From NCBI RefSeq assembly GCF_006345805.1, contig NC_042999.1:100006001-100070000 (forward strand): a stretch of DNA of 64,000 nt, in the 5' to 3' direction. The notes below the pieces were generated by a model. It searched no databases. It was not told the origin of the DNA and was given only the letters and a program-made list of their open reading frames with translations. Source of the stretch: Octopus sinensis (Eukaryota). Positions 13,021 to 26,398 of this stretch are shown here, piece by piece; position 1 is the stretch's first letter, and each line of letters opens with the position of its first letter. The position numbers and the translations under genes are program-made.

Positions 13021-13637
13021 TTGTTGAAACCGAAAAGATTTGTTCGACCTTTCACATAACAGATTATCTGACAGAACAACTGTGAGTAATTAGAACAATG
13101 AGGTGGTTTACATTTATTTAAAAGCATTAATAACTACCAATTTAGTTCATAAACATTTCAAGCTGATTGGGTAGACGACTGCTTTAGTTTTAAGTGATTA
13201 TGCAATGAGATGGTGATGATGAATGCTTATAAATACTTATAAAATACATATAAATACATATTTGGAACGTTGCATTGTTCTAAATATGTTTATCTGATGT
13301 GCGACTACTGTATATATGTATATATATATATATGGTTAATAAGATACTTAACAACTGGTTCGGGAGCATCTGACCCACCTGTAAAGTATCTCACCCGTGA
13401 GAGATCGATGCTAGATATGTTGAAACAATTGTAGTGATTAATAAAAATTCTTCCACCTTCCGTTTCTCATTTTCTCATTAACCAAATACATAACGAACAT
13501 TGTGAAAGTGGTCGTGCTGCACCAGCAAGCTACCAGGTATAAAACATTCGTTTCCATATCTTATAATAATATCAACAACAACAACAACAATAATAATAAC
13601 AACAATATATATATATCTAATATACATAAATAAATTT

Positions 13638-13747
13638 GCGTAGAAGTGGCTGTTTGGTAAGAAGCTTGCTTCCCAACCGAATCATTCAAGGTTCAGTCCT
13701 ACTGCCTGGTACCTTGGGCAAGTGTTTTCTACTAAAGCCCGTCGTAA

Positions 13748-13808
<61 letters not shown>

Positions 13809-14020
13809 TATATTTATGTATGTATTTGTGTGTCTGAGTTTGTCCCCAACCACCGCTTGACAACCGAGCTTGATGTGCTTACGTTCTCGTAACTTAGCGG
13901 CTCGACAAAAGGAAATGATAGAATAAGTACTAGCCTTACAAAGAATAAGTCCTGGGGTAGATTTTTTCGACTAAAGACAGTGCTCCAGCATGGCTGCAGT
14001 CAAATGAGTGAAATAAGTAA
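13638..14020 (+). mobile_element. tRNA-headed SINE with internal (TATG)n microsatellite and internal deletion
   Basis: Head gcgtagaagtggctgtttggtaagaagcttgcttcccaacc...ggttcagtcc; body and tail colinear with 1653-1981 and 59581-60008. Confidence 0.88.
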
Positions 14021-15718
14021 TTGAAAAAATATATATATGAGAATATATATATATAATAATGGGGAAATTATATACATATTTTTCTTTTACTTGTGTCAGT
14101 CGTGTGTGTGTATGTGTGTGTGTGTATACACACATGAATCTGCATATGTACTATGTATATATACGTATGGATTTTCATGTACGGATTATTTGATAATAAC
14201 GCATTCGAGTTTCTGGTTTTCTCTTTTCTACAGACCACAATAGTAAATAATTTAGTAAAAGTGTGAAAGGAACGATTTATCGCCAACTGATAATTTTTCA
14301 CAATATTAATGTTGTAGCATTCCTCTATATACTCAGATATAAGAATAATCTAACCGTTTTCTATAGAATTATTTCAAAGTTTTAACCACTGGTTAGAGGA
14401 TTTGTACGCCGCAGCGAATTTTCAATCAAAATTCTCTGTTTAGTGTGAATGATAATGTTTCATGCCAAATAGATGACCGAACAACCATGATTAAATATTC
14501 CATAAAAATATTAAGACATATTGAATTTGTAATGTTATTCATGCAACAACTGGCCATTACAATGCCAGTAGGACTTTGTGAGCGCTGTAGCACTGAAGAG
14601 CTATCAATATATACAGAAAGCAAAAACAGAAACTCAGCGACTCGGAAATATTACAGAGAAATTTGAAACATTAGAAGTACAATAACTTAATGCATTGACA
14701 TCCGGTTTTCAAACATGTATGCAATTTTTTGGCACCTAAAGCTGACTACAGTGATTGATCTGCATGTCGGAGTTCCTCCGAATGCTAAGTAAAAATCATC
14801 GATAGTTTGATACCAGTCAAGCGGCTGCTGCCATTGCCCATGTTTCCGGATACTCACTCCGCTTGAGATATTCTATTTTATCAACTCTGATAACTTCACA
14901 TTGCCCTTCGTCCGTTACAATAGGAAGTACTATCATTTAATATTACTGACAGCGTTTTCCAATATTGCTGCATAATTGTACCAGAAATATCAGGGCGTTG
15001 GACTACACACATTACAGAATTGTGCATTTATATCCTCCTTTATTTTAATAAAATTCTGTCTGTTTCAAATTTGCATGTCTACGAAACATAAACACAAAGT
15101 TAATAATCGAGACTATTCTATGGACTATAGTCTTTGGTTTCAATAACCTAATAGTTCAACAATATTTGAACACATTGTGTCAACATAAGAAAGCAATATT
15201 AGAGCAGAACAAAAAAAAATTGTAGACCAGGTAACTAAATGTTTTGTATCATATTAACCGCTTACGCTTTGTAAAACTCAGCTCTCTTGCTTTCTTATAA
15301 TAATGTCCAGAACTCTGCTAGAATTAGCTATATCCACCAACCGCTCGAAAATATGGTATTGTGCCTTGTCAAAAGTCTCAAATATTTTAAACTATTTCTG
15401 TTACAACACTGATCGAAGTAGACCTATATGATTTATGACTATCATTTACGATATCTTGAAATAATAAATTAGTTATCTTTTAAAGAAAACCTAATTACTG
15501 TTTGTAATTAATATATCGTATTTAACTAACCATTGCCTATAAAATACTAATTACGTATGAAATTAATGAAGACTACGTAACTATGTTTTCTGTGGTTGGA
15601 TTTCGTTACTTAGATTAAATCTGACAACTGACAATTTACGAATTTCACAACGATGCGTCTAAATTATATTAAAACTCACTTAGATCTAATATACTTCTAA
15701 ATATTACTCTCACCCACA

Positions 15719-15770
<52 letters not shown>

Positions 15771-16126
15771 TACACTGTATATACATGTAAATATATCTGT
15801 TTGCTTTTGTATGTACTACGTATGTATGTGTGTATTATTCGAAAATGATTTGGATATAATTTACATTCATATATCGGTATTTAAAAATGTACGTGAATAA
15901 ATTGAAACTTGATTTAGTTTTTTTATTGTTTCTTTTCATTCAGCAGCGAGATGTCTTGTTGCTTCCTTGATATTGATTCTCATGTAGAAAACGCTGTTAT
16001 ATAATATACATCTCGATATATATTCACAAAAAGTAATTTACTTTATTCATATTTTATGTTTTTATTCCCTAAAATTTAATTTGCTAGCCTCTAAGCAAAC
16101 TTAGTAAAAGTTGAATTCTAATGCAT

Positions 16127-16211
16127 CTCTTCTTCTTCTTCTTCTTCTTTTTCTTCTTCTTCTTCTTCTTCTTCTTCTTCTTCTTCTTCTTCTTCTTCTT
16201 CTTCTTCTTCT

Positions 16212-16246
<35 letters not shown>

Positions 16247-16248
16247 TT
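16127..16248. repeat. (CTT)n trinucleotide microsatellite
   Basis: About 40 CTT units with few interruptions. Confidence 0.98.
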
Positions 16249-17454
16249 CCTTTACCATCTACTTCTCCACCCATTTGTGTTTTTTTTTATATTCTCCTCC
16301 TCCGCCATATTTTAAATTTGTTTTACCGTTGTTGGTTGGTTTATCAAATTTGAAATAAAACTAAAATGATAATTATATTTATCTATATCTTACCCTTTTT
16401 TGTTTATTTATTCCGTGTGTACAATTTTGCGTTATCGCTGAATACTAAATGTTATATCATATATGTGTCTTGTATAATTTTCTATATGACTTTTGCTGAT
16501 TCACTGTTTACACACTTTGAAGACTCGTTCTGCGCATTAGTTGACAAGCAACGAGCTTATAAGACAACGACCGAGTCTCTACATGGTCTCACGACATGCT
16601 TAGAAGTAGCAAGATTTTCCTAAAATTACACTACATCAAGAGAAAAAGTAGACATTAGATAATGTAGTCCGTATTAAATAAAATTCTGAGAAAGCTTGAG
16701 ATTATCGCCCTTTTCATGCTTTTATATAGTAAGTTTGCTCAGTCAAATGCCGACCCGGACTGCTGAAGAAGGAGGAGGAGGAGAAGAAGAAGAAACGATG
16801 ACAACTTTAATAACAGCCATTGAGCTTAGTTTCCATTTTCTTGAGTTTTACAATAATTCAATATTGCTCACATCACTCATATTCTTACTAAACTCATGAA
16901 CGTTCTATTACTTTTCTCCTACGTATCGAAATTGTTTTTCTATACCAGGAACAAAATATTTATCGTTAACTTTTAATTCTGAAACAGTTTCTTCTAAAAT
17001 GCATTTGATGTTTGAATGAGGGAATATTTATACTGTTGAGATGGCAGATAAAAAGCAATTGCACAGTGTTAAATGTGAATGAAAGAACACATCTACACTG
17101 CAACTGAAACTTTAGTCCCAAATATTTAAATAAATTGTTGCTTTGCTGCCATTATTATAAATGTAGTTGTCATCGTTTTTGCTTATCCTAGATCAGCTCT
17201 GTAGGGGACTTCCCTACTATGAAGATATTCAAGCATGACAGTCCAGGTTTTTCTCAGACTGTACCCAGGAATACTTTGATCCGATATGTTCATTCTTTTA
17301 ACCTGTAAGTTTAAATTTGTTGGAGGTTTAGCTACTATTTCCAATGGAGTACAGAGATGCACCTTGTTTCTTTGGCCTTTCTCTCGATTTACAATGCGAT
17401 TTACAAGTAAACACGGCATTATTTCATCACCACGTTTTTCAAGGCTAATAAAAT

Positions 17455-17600
17455 ATTCTAATTTAGGCACAAACCCAAGGAATTTTCAGAGGAGGCAGTC
17501 TTCGATACCATCGACCCACAGTATTTTGACTTGTATGTCATTTCATCGATCTCGGCGGGGTGAAAGGCAAAGTTGATTCCGGAGGATTTTAAACTACATA
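17455..17600 (-). mobile_element. SINE fragment (core family of 7947-8161)
   Basis: Reverse-strand core: catcgacccacag...tttcatcgatctcggcggggtgaaaggcaaagttgattcc. Confidence 0.7.
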
Positions 17601-20600
17601 GAAAGAGATAATCGATTTTTATCAGATAATCAAAGTAAAATATATTGACTGTTAAGATATATATTGATATCAGGATACTAATATATCTTAAAATATTCAA
17701 CTACATAGTTTATTCAATTTAAGTATCCAATTGTGTGTTGAAGAAAATGAAATTAGTGTAGTTTTATTTCCAATTACCTATACGCAGTTGGAAAATTACA
17801 TGATAACCCAATAATTCCTAAATTTTCTATACGTGAAGTAATTTAGTTTGTTGGTGTTGGTTTCCATAACAAAAGAAGAAAATTATACATTATATGAATT
17901 CTTGAAGATGCGATCTTTAGAAGATGTGGTACTTACCACTTCCAAAAACTGGCAATTTGTTTTGCGGTAATAAATTTTTCTTCAAAATTGCTTACATAAA
18001 ATCTGAAATGAACTGCCGTACCATTAAACACAGCACATATGAAACTAACATATATGAAATTCTGTGTTTAGTGAGAGTAGCGCCATCTATACAGCTATAT
18101 GTAATTTACAGTTTTCAACGTAAATTATCGGTAAGTATATCCGTTGTGTTCTATACAATCAATGGATTATAAAACTTCATAAAGCTGAAGCATGACACGA
18201 GGCGAGAGAAGTAGGTTTTGATATGTTAATACAAACAAGAATAATTTCTGGAACTGATTAGATATAAAAACGATAACTCCAGCTAATGACTGATCTAATG
18301 TAATTGATTAGAAAACATAATATGACTAATGAGATAAGACTGTACGTCTGATAGCTAAGCTCTGAACAGTTTTTACTATTTTCCAATGAAGCGTATAAGG
18401 CACTCGGCGATTTATGAATATTCAGTAATATAAAAAACATACATTGAAGTCATCTATTTAGTAACCTATTTATTAATTCACAATAATATGATGCGTGTGA
18501 CATTTTTTCGTTAATTTGTACTGACATATATTGGAATTACTAAATAAAGATCAATGAAGTGTTCAGATACGAGGACCACGACCACTCCCCAGGTAGAATA
18601 ATTGAATGCTAGTATAGGTTCCATTTCTTCAACCGTCTGTATCTAGAGTAAAAGTATACAATTTGAAATAACTCTTTGCTGTAACTTACACATTAAAAAA
18701 ACCCAGTCAAAACCGACGATTCGATCCTACTTTATGACATATAAAAAGTGTTTAAAAATGCTCGAGTTCACATGTTACTGGATTCCAGCTGTGGAAGCGC
18801 CTCTAATCTGCGCCCATAACCAAAATACAATCATTGTAACAAAGGTGTCATGGGAATGAAAGAGCACTTCAAGAGGCATTAAGATAATGAATGATAAATA
18901 ATAAATGGCTAGTACTATTTATAATAAAATGGGAAAAAATATAATGGAAGACAAAATTATTTCCGATAACAAAATGCGTAACACAAACTCGACAATGTTA
19001 CTTCATTTAAGTACAGTAATATATATCAAAGTTGAATTACTTTACTGTCAGGAAAAATATGAGATCTATTAAATTTCATCTTAGACGCCCGAGTGAAGGA
19101 TGAATACGATAAATATCTAAGTACAGTATTACAACCATTATCTGTCTTCCCTTGTGTGCATCAGCAGTACTTTAATTCGCATTAAGCTATTTCCTTTAGC
19201 TGGCAGGCGTAGTTAACGTAAGTTTTAAGAATGTTACTTAAGGCAGATCGATACACTAAATTTCTAAACAATATCTCCCAGAAACTCTTTATCAGTTTTA
19301 ATTTTTTCCATATTTATATGTAGTTTATATGTGTGTGTATGTGTGTATTTACGCATGTATGTATGTTTTCTGTTTTTAATTATTTAAATTCTTCCTGTTG
19401 GGAAGGAGCTCGTTTCTCACAAAAATACAAAGCTCCATTGTAGGAAAGTAGACGATGTAAACAATATCACATTTTAAACTTGAGAAAAGTGTTGCATTTT
19501 TTTATTTCTTCACTTACAGATTGTATTTGTAATGTGCGAGTCAGTTGGTTGTTTTCGCTTTCTGGAAATCCAAGCTCATCCAGACTGTCAGATAGGGAAT
19601 TCCTCGGAAAACCAAGGGCACCAACTTATAGTTATAAATGCAAATTTATAATCTGAATATAGAAGCTGGAGGTGTCCGCAGTTATCTTCTCTCTCTCACT
19701 CACTCACTCATTCTCTCTCTCAGATTTTCAAAGAGATAGTCTCATCAGCAGGACCGATTATCTCTATGACGGTACACACTTTTTCTTGTCTGTCCCAAAA
19801 AACAATATCCGGTTAGTTATGCTTAAACTTCACAGCTGTTTTGGGAATATTCTAGCAGTATTCCTTGTCGTGATGCTTATTTTCAATAACAAGGTTGCTC
19901 TATATTTTTCGGGGTGGCATTGTATATTGTTTGTACGACAACATCCTGTTGCATATGGAGGTAGTACCATAAAGTCATTTTTGGAGGCAAAGTTTAAAGG
20001 AAGAATAGTGAACTGTGTTAGTGACGTACCAATCATATAGGCTGCTACGTGATCCCATAAGATCTTCAAAGAGCCAACAACTATCTCTATTGACACGTTA
20101 GAAATAAAAATGTAATGCAAGGAAATGCTTGTTTAGAGTCAGATTAGTTATACACATACATATTTTTCTAGTACGCACAGGCACCATGCATATGTTCCTA
20201 GAGTAATACTTTTTGTACACTTATTAAAAGGTGTCAGAGTTGTTAGAGCGTCGAAAACCGTGTATAGTATTCATTTCAACTCCCTTCATTTAGAGGTCAA
20301 ATTTGCCTTTCCTACTTTCAGCTTTAATAAATTTCTGTTTCTCTCCCGCTCATTCTTTTTTCATTTAATTTTTTTTCTTCTTGACAAAAAAGAAAACAAT
20401 TTTGAACGCAAACCGTATCTCTAAGGAAGAAATCGGCTATATGCCCCCAAAAAATATTAAGTCAGAACCTTAAGTTTCCATGAGGTGCCGAGTACCCAGG
20501 AAAGGAACGAGAAAGAAGTCAGTGAAAAGAAATACTTATTAGGTCATGGTTTATACTTTTAGATATGTATGAACAAACAAATTGATCGTCTTTAGAATGA

Positions 20601-21019
20601 CATTGACCATCATATAAATGCTTAAGGAGAGCAGAGCAGTGGTTAACTAATAACACCATCAGTGCATTAATACAATAAACTAAAACAAATTTGTTTATAA
20701 GAAGTGATGTTATATTTTCTTTACAAGCAGTGCAGCCATGTGCTTTGTATGTATTCTTTAAGACTTAAACTGTTTTGCTTAAGAAATAGATGATACGCGA
20801 TTAAGAAATATTTAAGACGAATGCCTATTCGCATTTACATTATCGAACAAAAGCGGAAGCAGTATCCTTCGTAATATTGTTTGGTTCAATTGAGAAATGA
20901 TGTCCCGGATCTCAATCGCGGTCTATTGTTTCCAGTGTTCTGCTATATTTACTCATATATCGGCGATTCAGCTTTACAAATTGATCGTGCGCTATCGTCA
21001 ATATAATTGAAAAGCTCCT

Positions 21020-21200
21020 ATTTGTGTGTGTTTGTGTGTGTGTGTTTGTGTGTGCGTGTTTGTGTGTGTGTGTTTGTGAGTGTGTATCTGTGTTTGTGTT
21101 AGTGTGGATGTGTCTGTGTGTGTGTGTCTGTCTGTCTGTCTGTGTGTGTCTGTCTGTCTGTGTGTGTGTGTCTGTCTGTCTGTGTGTGTCTGTGCATACA
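21020..21200. repeat. Compound (TG)n/(TCTG)n microsatellite
   Basis: Direct inspection. Confidence 0.95.
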
Positions 21201-21247
21201 TATATACATGCTTACATAATTGCAAATGTAATTGTATATTATATATA

Positions 21248-22123
21248 CGAGGTCAGATCAATAAGTATCCGAAATTTTGGTATAGTAACGAAGCTAAAGC
21301 ACGTAGATTAAAGTCGCTAAATACAGATTGATCTCTTACTCTGCTATGCATGTGCACTAAGTTTTAATGTACTAGCTCACTTCTGCTGTTTACAGCAGTG
21401 CTTCGAAGGAACGTGTGTAGCGTGTGATCGTCTCATTGATCATGACAGAGAAAGTTGTCGTGGCGATACCTGCTAAGACGCCTACGCAAAGTTGCAGAAA
21501 GTGTTGAGAGGAGCGTATGAGACACACATAAGTGTGCGAGTGGTTCAGACGTTTCCAAGATAGCTGAAAAAACGTTCTGGGAAAACCGCAACCAGCAGAA
21601 CTGAGAAAAACATTGCAGATATGCGTGCAGCTGTGAGGGGGATCGTCGAATCACCGTCCGTGACTTATCATAGGATGTGCAGATGAGTTGCGGTTCAGTT
21701 CAGACCATTATCACTGAAGATTTGGGTATGAGGCGCGTGTCTGCCAAGTTTGTACCAAAACTAGTTTCAGCTGATCAAAAGGGCACTCGGGTTTCAGTTG
21801 CACAAGATCTTCTTGATTGTGTCGAGAACTGTGAAAACGTTTTGAAAACTTTGCGTAGGCCTCTGAGCAGGTATCACTAGGCTTTTGGCAAAGTTTGAGG
21901 CAGATGCTCTGCTCAACCTTTTCTGCCATGGTCAATGCGACGATCACACGCTACAAAAGTTCCTTCCAAGCACTGCTGTAAAGAACGAAAGTGAGCTAGA
22001 ACGTTGAAACTTAGTGTGCATATACAACAGAGTTTAAGGTCAACTCGTACCAAGCGGTTCTAGTCTACGTGTTATAGCTTCGTTACTATGGCAAAAGTCC
22101 TGATATTTATTGATCAGACCACG
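21248..22123 (+). mobile_element. Non-autonomous mariner derivative built from two inverted 5' ends
   Basis: Left terminus TA|CGAGGTCAGATCAATAAGT; the right terminus reverse-complements to CGTGGTCTGATCAATAAAT. The plus strand carries the transposase N-terminus (EWFRRF..., DLGMRRVSAKFVPKL, a WVPxxL-type motif). The minus strand from 21847 carries a second 5' end (MAEKVEQSICLKLCQK...EAYAK). Confidence 0.88.
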
Positions 22124-22129
22124 TGTATA

Positions 22130-22985
22130 CAGGGTGCGGTGGATATATTGTCTGCTAAATTACGCAAAAATGAAAATAACACTGATATTTCAATTTAATA
22201 TAAAAATATCTTGAAATACTAAGGCGTAAATTTATTCAGTAAAATCGCCATTAGTTTCAGCCACGGCCTTAAGATGACTTCGGAATCTTTTGCAACTCTC
22301 TTGGACGGTGTCCTAGTTTAAGCTGGTTAATGCCGCCATAATTCTTGCCTTCAGTTCATCTTCAGTGTTACAAGGAGTTTTGTTAGTCGATCGCTCAACT
22401 GCGCCCCACACCTAATAAAGGGAGTTGCAGTCTGGGGAGTTAAGTGGTCAGATGTTAGGGATGATGTGGTCGCAGAAACTGTCTGACAGCCATGACTGGG
22501 TTCTCCTGCTTGTGTAGCATGGTACAGAGACCTGTTGGCAGAGATAGGGTCTTACAGAAGCCACCCCCTTGATCCAGGGCAACACTACCCCCTCCACTCA
22601 CTTGATGTAGGCCTCCGTGTTGAGTCTGAGGATTTGAGGAAAGATGAATGGAGGCATAACGTCGCCACCACTAGTGATCACTCCAAACACTATAATGTTA
22701 AATGGTTGTTTGATTTTTATCACTCTTAGTATATATTTTGTGGACACGCCATGCCAACGGTTGTTCACCATTTGCTCGTATTGGAGCTCTCGGCGTAAAT
22801 GCCAAGCAATACAGCATATGGTTTCCAAATTTCTGGCAGAGTAAATTGCGTTATGGTGGTCTTTTTCTCTCAGATAGTGGCCAGTTGGGCCTACTATACT
22901 GTGCAGTCCACAAAATCAAACACAAACGGTGCACAGGCTCGAAATTAAAAATATAAAATGGCGACAATTTACCCATCGCACATTG
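22130..22985 (-). mobile_element. Tc1/mariner-superfamily element (maT/DD37D-like), internally deleted
   Basis: Imperfect TIRs (cagggtgcggtggatatattgtc / cattgtgcgatgggtaaattgtc on the reverse strand) flanked by TA. The minus strand reads IIVFGVITSGGDVMPPFIFP..LRLNTEAYIK, VLPWIK, NSPDCNSL..VWGAVER..NKTPCNTEDELKARIMAA, RFRSHLKAVAETNGDF. Confidence 0.9.
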
Positions 22986-24249
22986 TATATATAATTATAT
23001 TGTATATCCTATATTATTTATGTATATATATATATATATATTATATATATATATATATATAATATATATATATATAATATTATATCATATATTATATTAT
23101 ATTTATGTGTTAGTATGTCTGTGCATGTGTGCACACATCTACACAAGTCTCTCTCTCTCACTCTCTCTTTTTCTCCCTGAATATAGATATTTATGCATCT
23201 ATATATAAAATTTCAAATTCTTCTACATATATAGATGCTATGTATTCATATACCATATGTACACACGCATATTCCTTTATGCAATAAGGACTTAGATAAA
23301 TACAGTAAGCGTCATTGAGGTTAAGGAACACATGCCACCTGTCGTAGTATGTACATGTACAAACTATAGGAATCTAGTTTATCGACACAATAATATTCTT
23401 AGCTTAGATATGTAATATGTTAAAGAGAATAACCTAAAACAAAATTTTTAGTGAATTTTGCGTTTATGAGAGAAGATATTTAAGATGTGGTAGTATCTAG
23501 TATTTTCCCTACTTTATCTAATCTAAAATCCATTCAGAGTTCTTTTTTTATATAGTTTTCAACGATTAAATATCTCCGCATGATATTGTAGTTTTGAGTT
23601 TCCTCCAAGCCTGAGCATGTTCTCAATCAAAATAATCTATATAAATCAATATTGGATTAATTTTACTACTTCAAATCTATGATTGCTTTCGGTTAGATGA
23701 AAATTTGTATTTCAAAATGCATTAAACCCTTAGCGGCCTCATATTATAACTGCATAGTGTTGTACATACATGCATACATACATATGTGTGTGTGTGTGTG
23801 TATGTGTGTGTGTGTTTGTGTGTGTGTATGCATATAAATATATCATGAAGAAGATCAACAACTTGGTACTCTTTTGTAAACTGGAGAGATGGGTGTTGGT
23901 TGTTCAGGTGAATATCGAACTCTTCTAGAGTATTGAGATTCTGTTCAGATTATGAAACAGTCATCACGGTATCTCTTCCAGCAGTTGTAGTCCTCTGTAT
24001 AGGTGTCGAAATATGTCGAAATATGGTTATATGTTGTTTATATGGTTATAAATTTCAATGTTTAATTCTGAGATTTGCTCGTGTGATCACTTAGATTTAT
24101 TTTTAAATATTTTCAAAATTTTAAGTCAAATATGTAATTGTAGTGTTTTTAAGGATTTTCGGTTAGTATATTTCATACCTTGGGATTGTATACATTTACA
24201 TTATTTAAATTTATCGAGAAAAATTATCTTATTTTAACTATATTGGGTA

Positions 24250-24305
24250 AATACGTTGTATATATACACACAAACACATATATATACACACATACATATA
24301 CATAC

Positions 24306-24355
<50 letters not shown>

Positions 24356-24375
24356 AGAGAGAGATAGATAGATAT

Positions 24376-24430
<55 letters not shown>

Positions 24431-24477
24431 TACACATATATATACATATATATATACACACACAACATACACACACG

Positions 24478-24556
<79 letters not shown>
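24250..24556. repeat. Compound (TA)n/(GATA)n/(CA)n microsatellite
   Basis: Direct inspection. Confidence 0.95.
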
Positions 24557-24559
<3 letters not shown>

Positions 24560-24808
24560 ATGAATATTTACAGAGTAACGAAATGGAAATTAAATTGCTA
24601 TTATTTCAAATAAGACATACTGCAAAATATCATGCATTATAGTTATCGGAAATTTATAATTTTAATAATATACATATACATATACATACATATATATATA
24701 TACATACATATATATATATACAAAATAATATAAATAATATATAAATATATGCATGTATACATACATATATGTACCTATCTACATATATATATGTATACAT
24801 GCATACGT

Positions 24809-25012
24809 GGGTACAGGATGTCAAAACAACGTGCACAAAATGAGAAACTAGATAAAGCAGGGGACAACTGATGAAGGGAATGTTCTTTATGTTGCCTGTC
24901 TCGTTTCTCTATCTGTTTCTTTCGTTGTTCGAAAAAAAAAAGTCGTTTTCTATTGTTTGTTTTTTATGTTCTCGTTTCTCATTTTGTTCACGTTCTTTTA
25001 CGTCTTGTACCC
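24809..25012. mobile_element. Small TIR-bounded (MITE-like) element
   Basis: The left 40 bp (gggtacaggatgtcaaaacaacgtgcacaaaatgagaaac) are an imperfect inverted repeat of the right 39 bp (gtttctcattttgttcacgttcttttacgtcttgtaccc). Confidence 0.7.
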
Positions 25013-25146
25013 ATATATGAAGGTATGCACTTATAATTATGTATATATGCATATATTTATATATTATTTATATTATTATATGATCGAACGCCGCACATCC
25101 ATTCCCAAGTAATCTTTATCACTCTCTCTCTCTCTTCCTCTCTCTG

Positions 25147-25193
<47 letters not shown>

Positions 25194-25861
25194 CTATGCT
25201 ATTTTTATAATGCAGTTTGAAACATATAGTGTTTATATATGCTGTTATATTTAAAATGAGATTTGTTTGGGGAAACAATTATTTCAATTATAGGGAGAAA
25301 GAATGTTCTTAGAAAAGTCGATACGCTATAAAATATCTCAATGCACGACCTAGGAGAGCGAATATATGTAAAATACAACATTTAATATAATGAGCTGTTT
25401 AATCATATCAGAGGAAGCGATTTCATGATGTACTATGGGAGAAAATATGATTTACTATATTTAGGGTAGGTGTTATTACAAAATTATCATGTAGCATAAA
25501 AAGAAGCTAAAAAAATCTTGGATTATTTAACCATAAATGAGTGATGTTTATATATTCCTCTTAAAAATTTTCTGCAACATAATTGTCATATAATATCTTA
25601 TTAGATCTGTGTGTAATACTGTATGTTTATGGTTGGTAATGGTAACATGAAAGTTGCAGATATATTTTTTCTTAGTAATATAGAAGAGAGTAGAGAAGAA
25701 ACTGACTAAGGTTTTACATAAAAGTTTAATATGAGTGTTTTTAATATAGAAAATTACAATCATTTTGTATGTGCTTAGGAGCTTGATTTATTATGGGGAA
25801 TAAGTATGTTACTAAGGTGTAGAAAAATTAAAAGAAGATTCCTCATAATTACAAATTATCA

Positions 25862-25934
25862 GTTTCTAACTTGTGGTCTCTTGAGATTTCTGGGTGAGAC
25901 CTGGAGCCACCCTGCAAAGCAAAAGCCAAACATA

Positions 25935-25935
<1 letters not shown>
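25862..25935 (+). mobile_element. 3' end of a non-LTR element (probably R4/Dong) with (AAT)n tail
   Basis: Homologous to 26305-26384 (tcttgag...ctgggtgagac.tggagcca...aaagc.aaa..caaacata) and followed by (AAT)n. Confidence 0.6.
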
Positions 25936-26006
<71 letters not shown>

Positions 26007-26007
26007 T

Positions 26008-26157
26008 AAATTGCACTACTAGGCACTGCACACATCCTACGCAGAACACTTTCCATACAATAACCATCAGATCATCACAACAAATCACAGCACATACCCA
26101 AGGCACACAGAGCTGCGCTCGGTAGTGAAGTGAAAGCACGCTATAAAAATAAAACTA

Positions 26158-26160
<3 letters not shown>
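26008..26160 (+). mobile_element. 5'-truncated R4/Dong element: ORF end plus 3' UTR within (AAT)n
   Basis: Reads IALLGTAHILRRTLSIQ-stop, the typical end of RLE-bearing R4/Dong ORFs. (AAT)n lies on both sides, and a second UTR copy is at 48007-48107. Confidence 0.85.
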
Positions 26161-26233
<73 letters not shown>

Positions 26234-26250
26234 TCATTATTATTATATGA

Positions 26251-26384
26251 TACCTTAGTCATAGTACAAGACCAAATATATGGCACCCTAGGCATGAACA
26301 TGAACTTCTAACTTATATCTTGAGGTCTCTGGGTGAGACTTGGAGCCAATTTGTACAAATGTAAAGCGAAAGTCAAACATAATA
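26251..26384 (+). mobile_element. 3' UTR of a second R4/Dong-like family with (AAT)n tail
   Basis: Shares its terminal 80 bp with 25862-25935 and is bounded by AAT runs. Confidence 0.6.
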
Positions 26385-26398
26385 TAATAATAATAACA

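Noticed and set aside
19672-20120. Overlapping 122-aa and 96-aa ORFs
   Set aside because: No recognisable motif in any frame and non-ATG starts; ORFs of this length are expected by chance.
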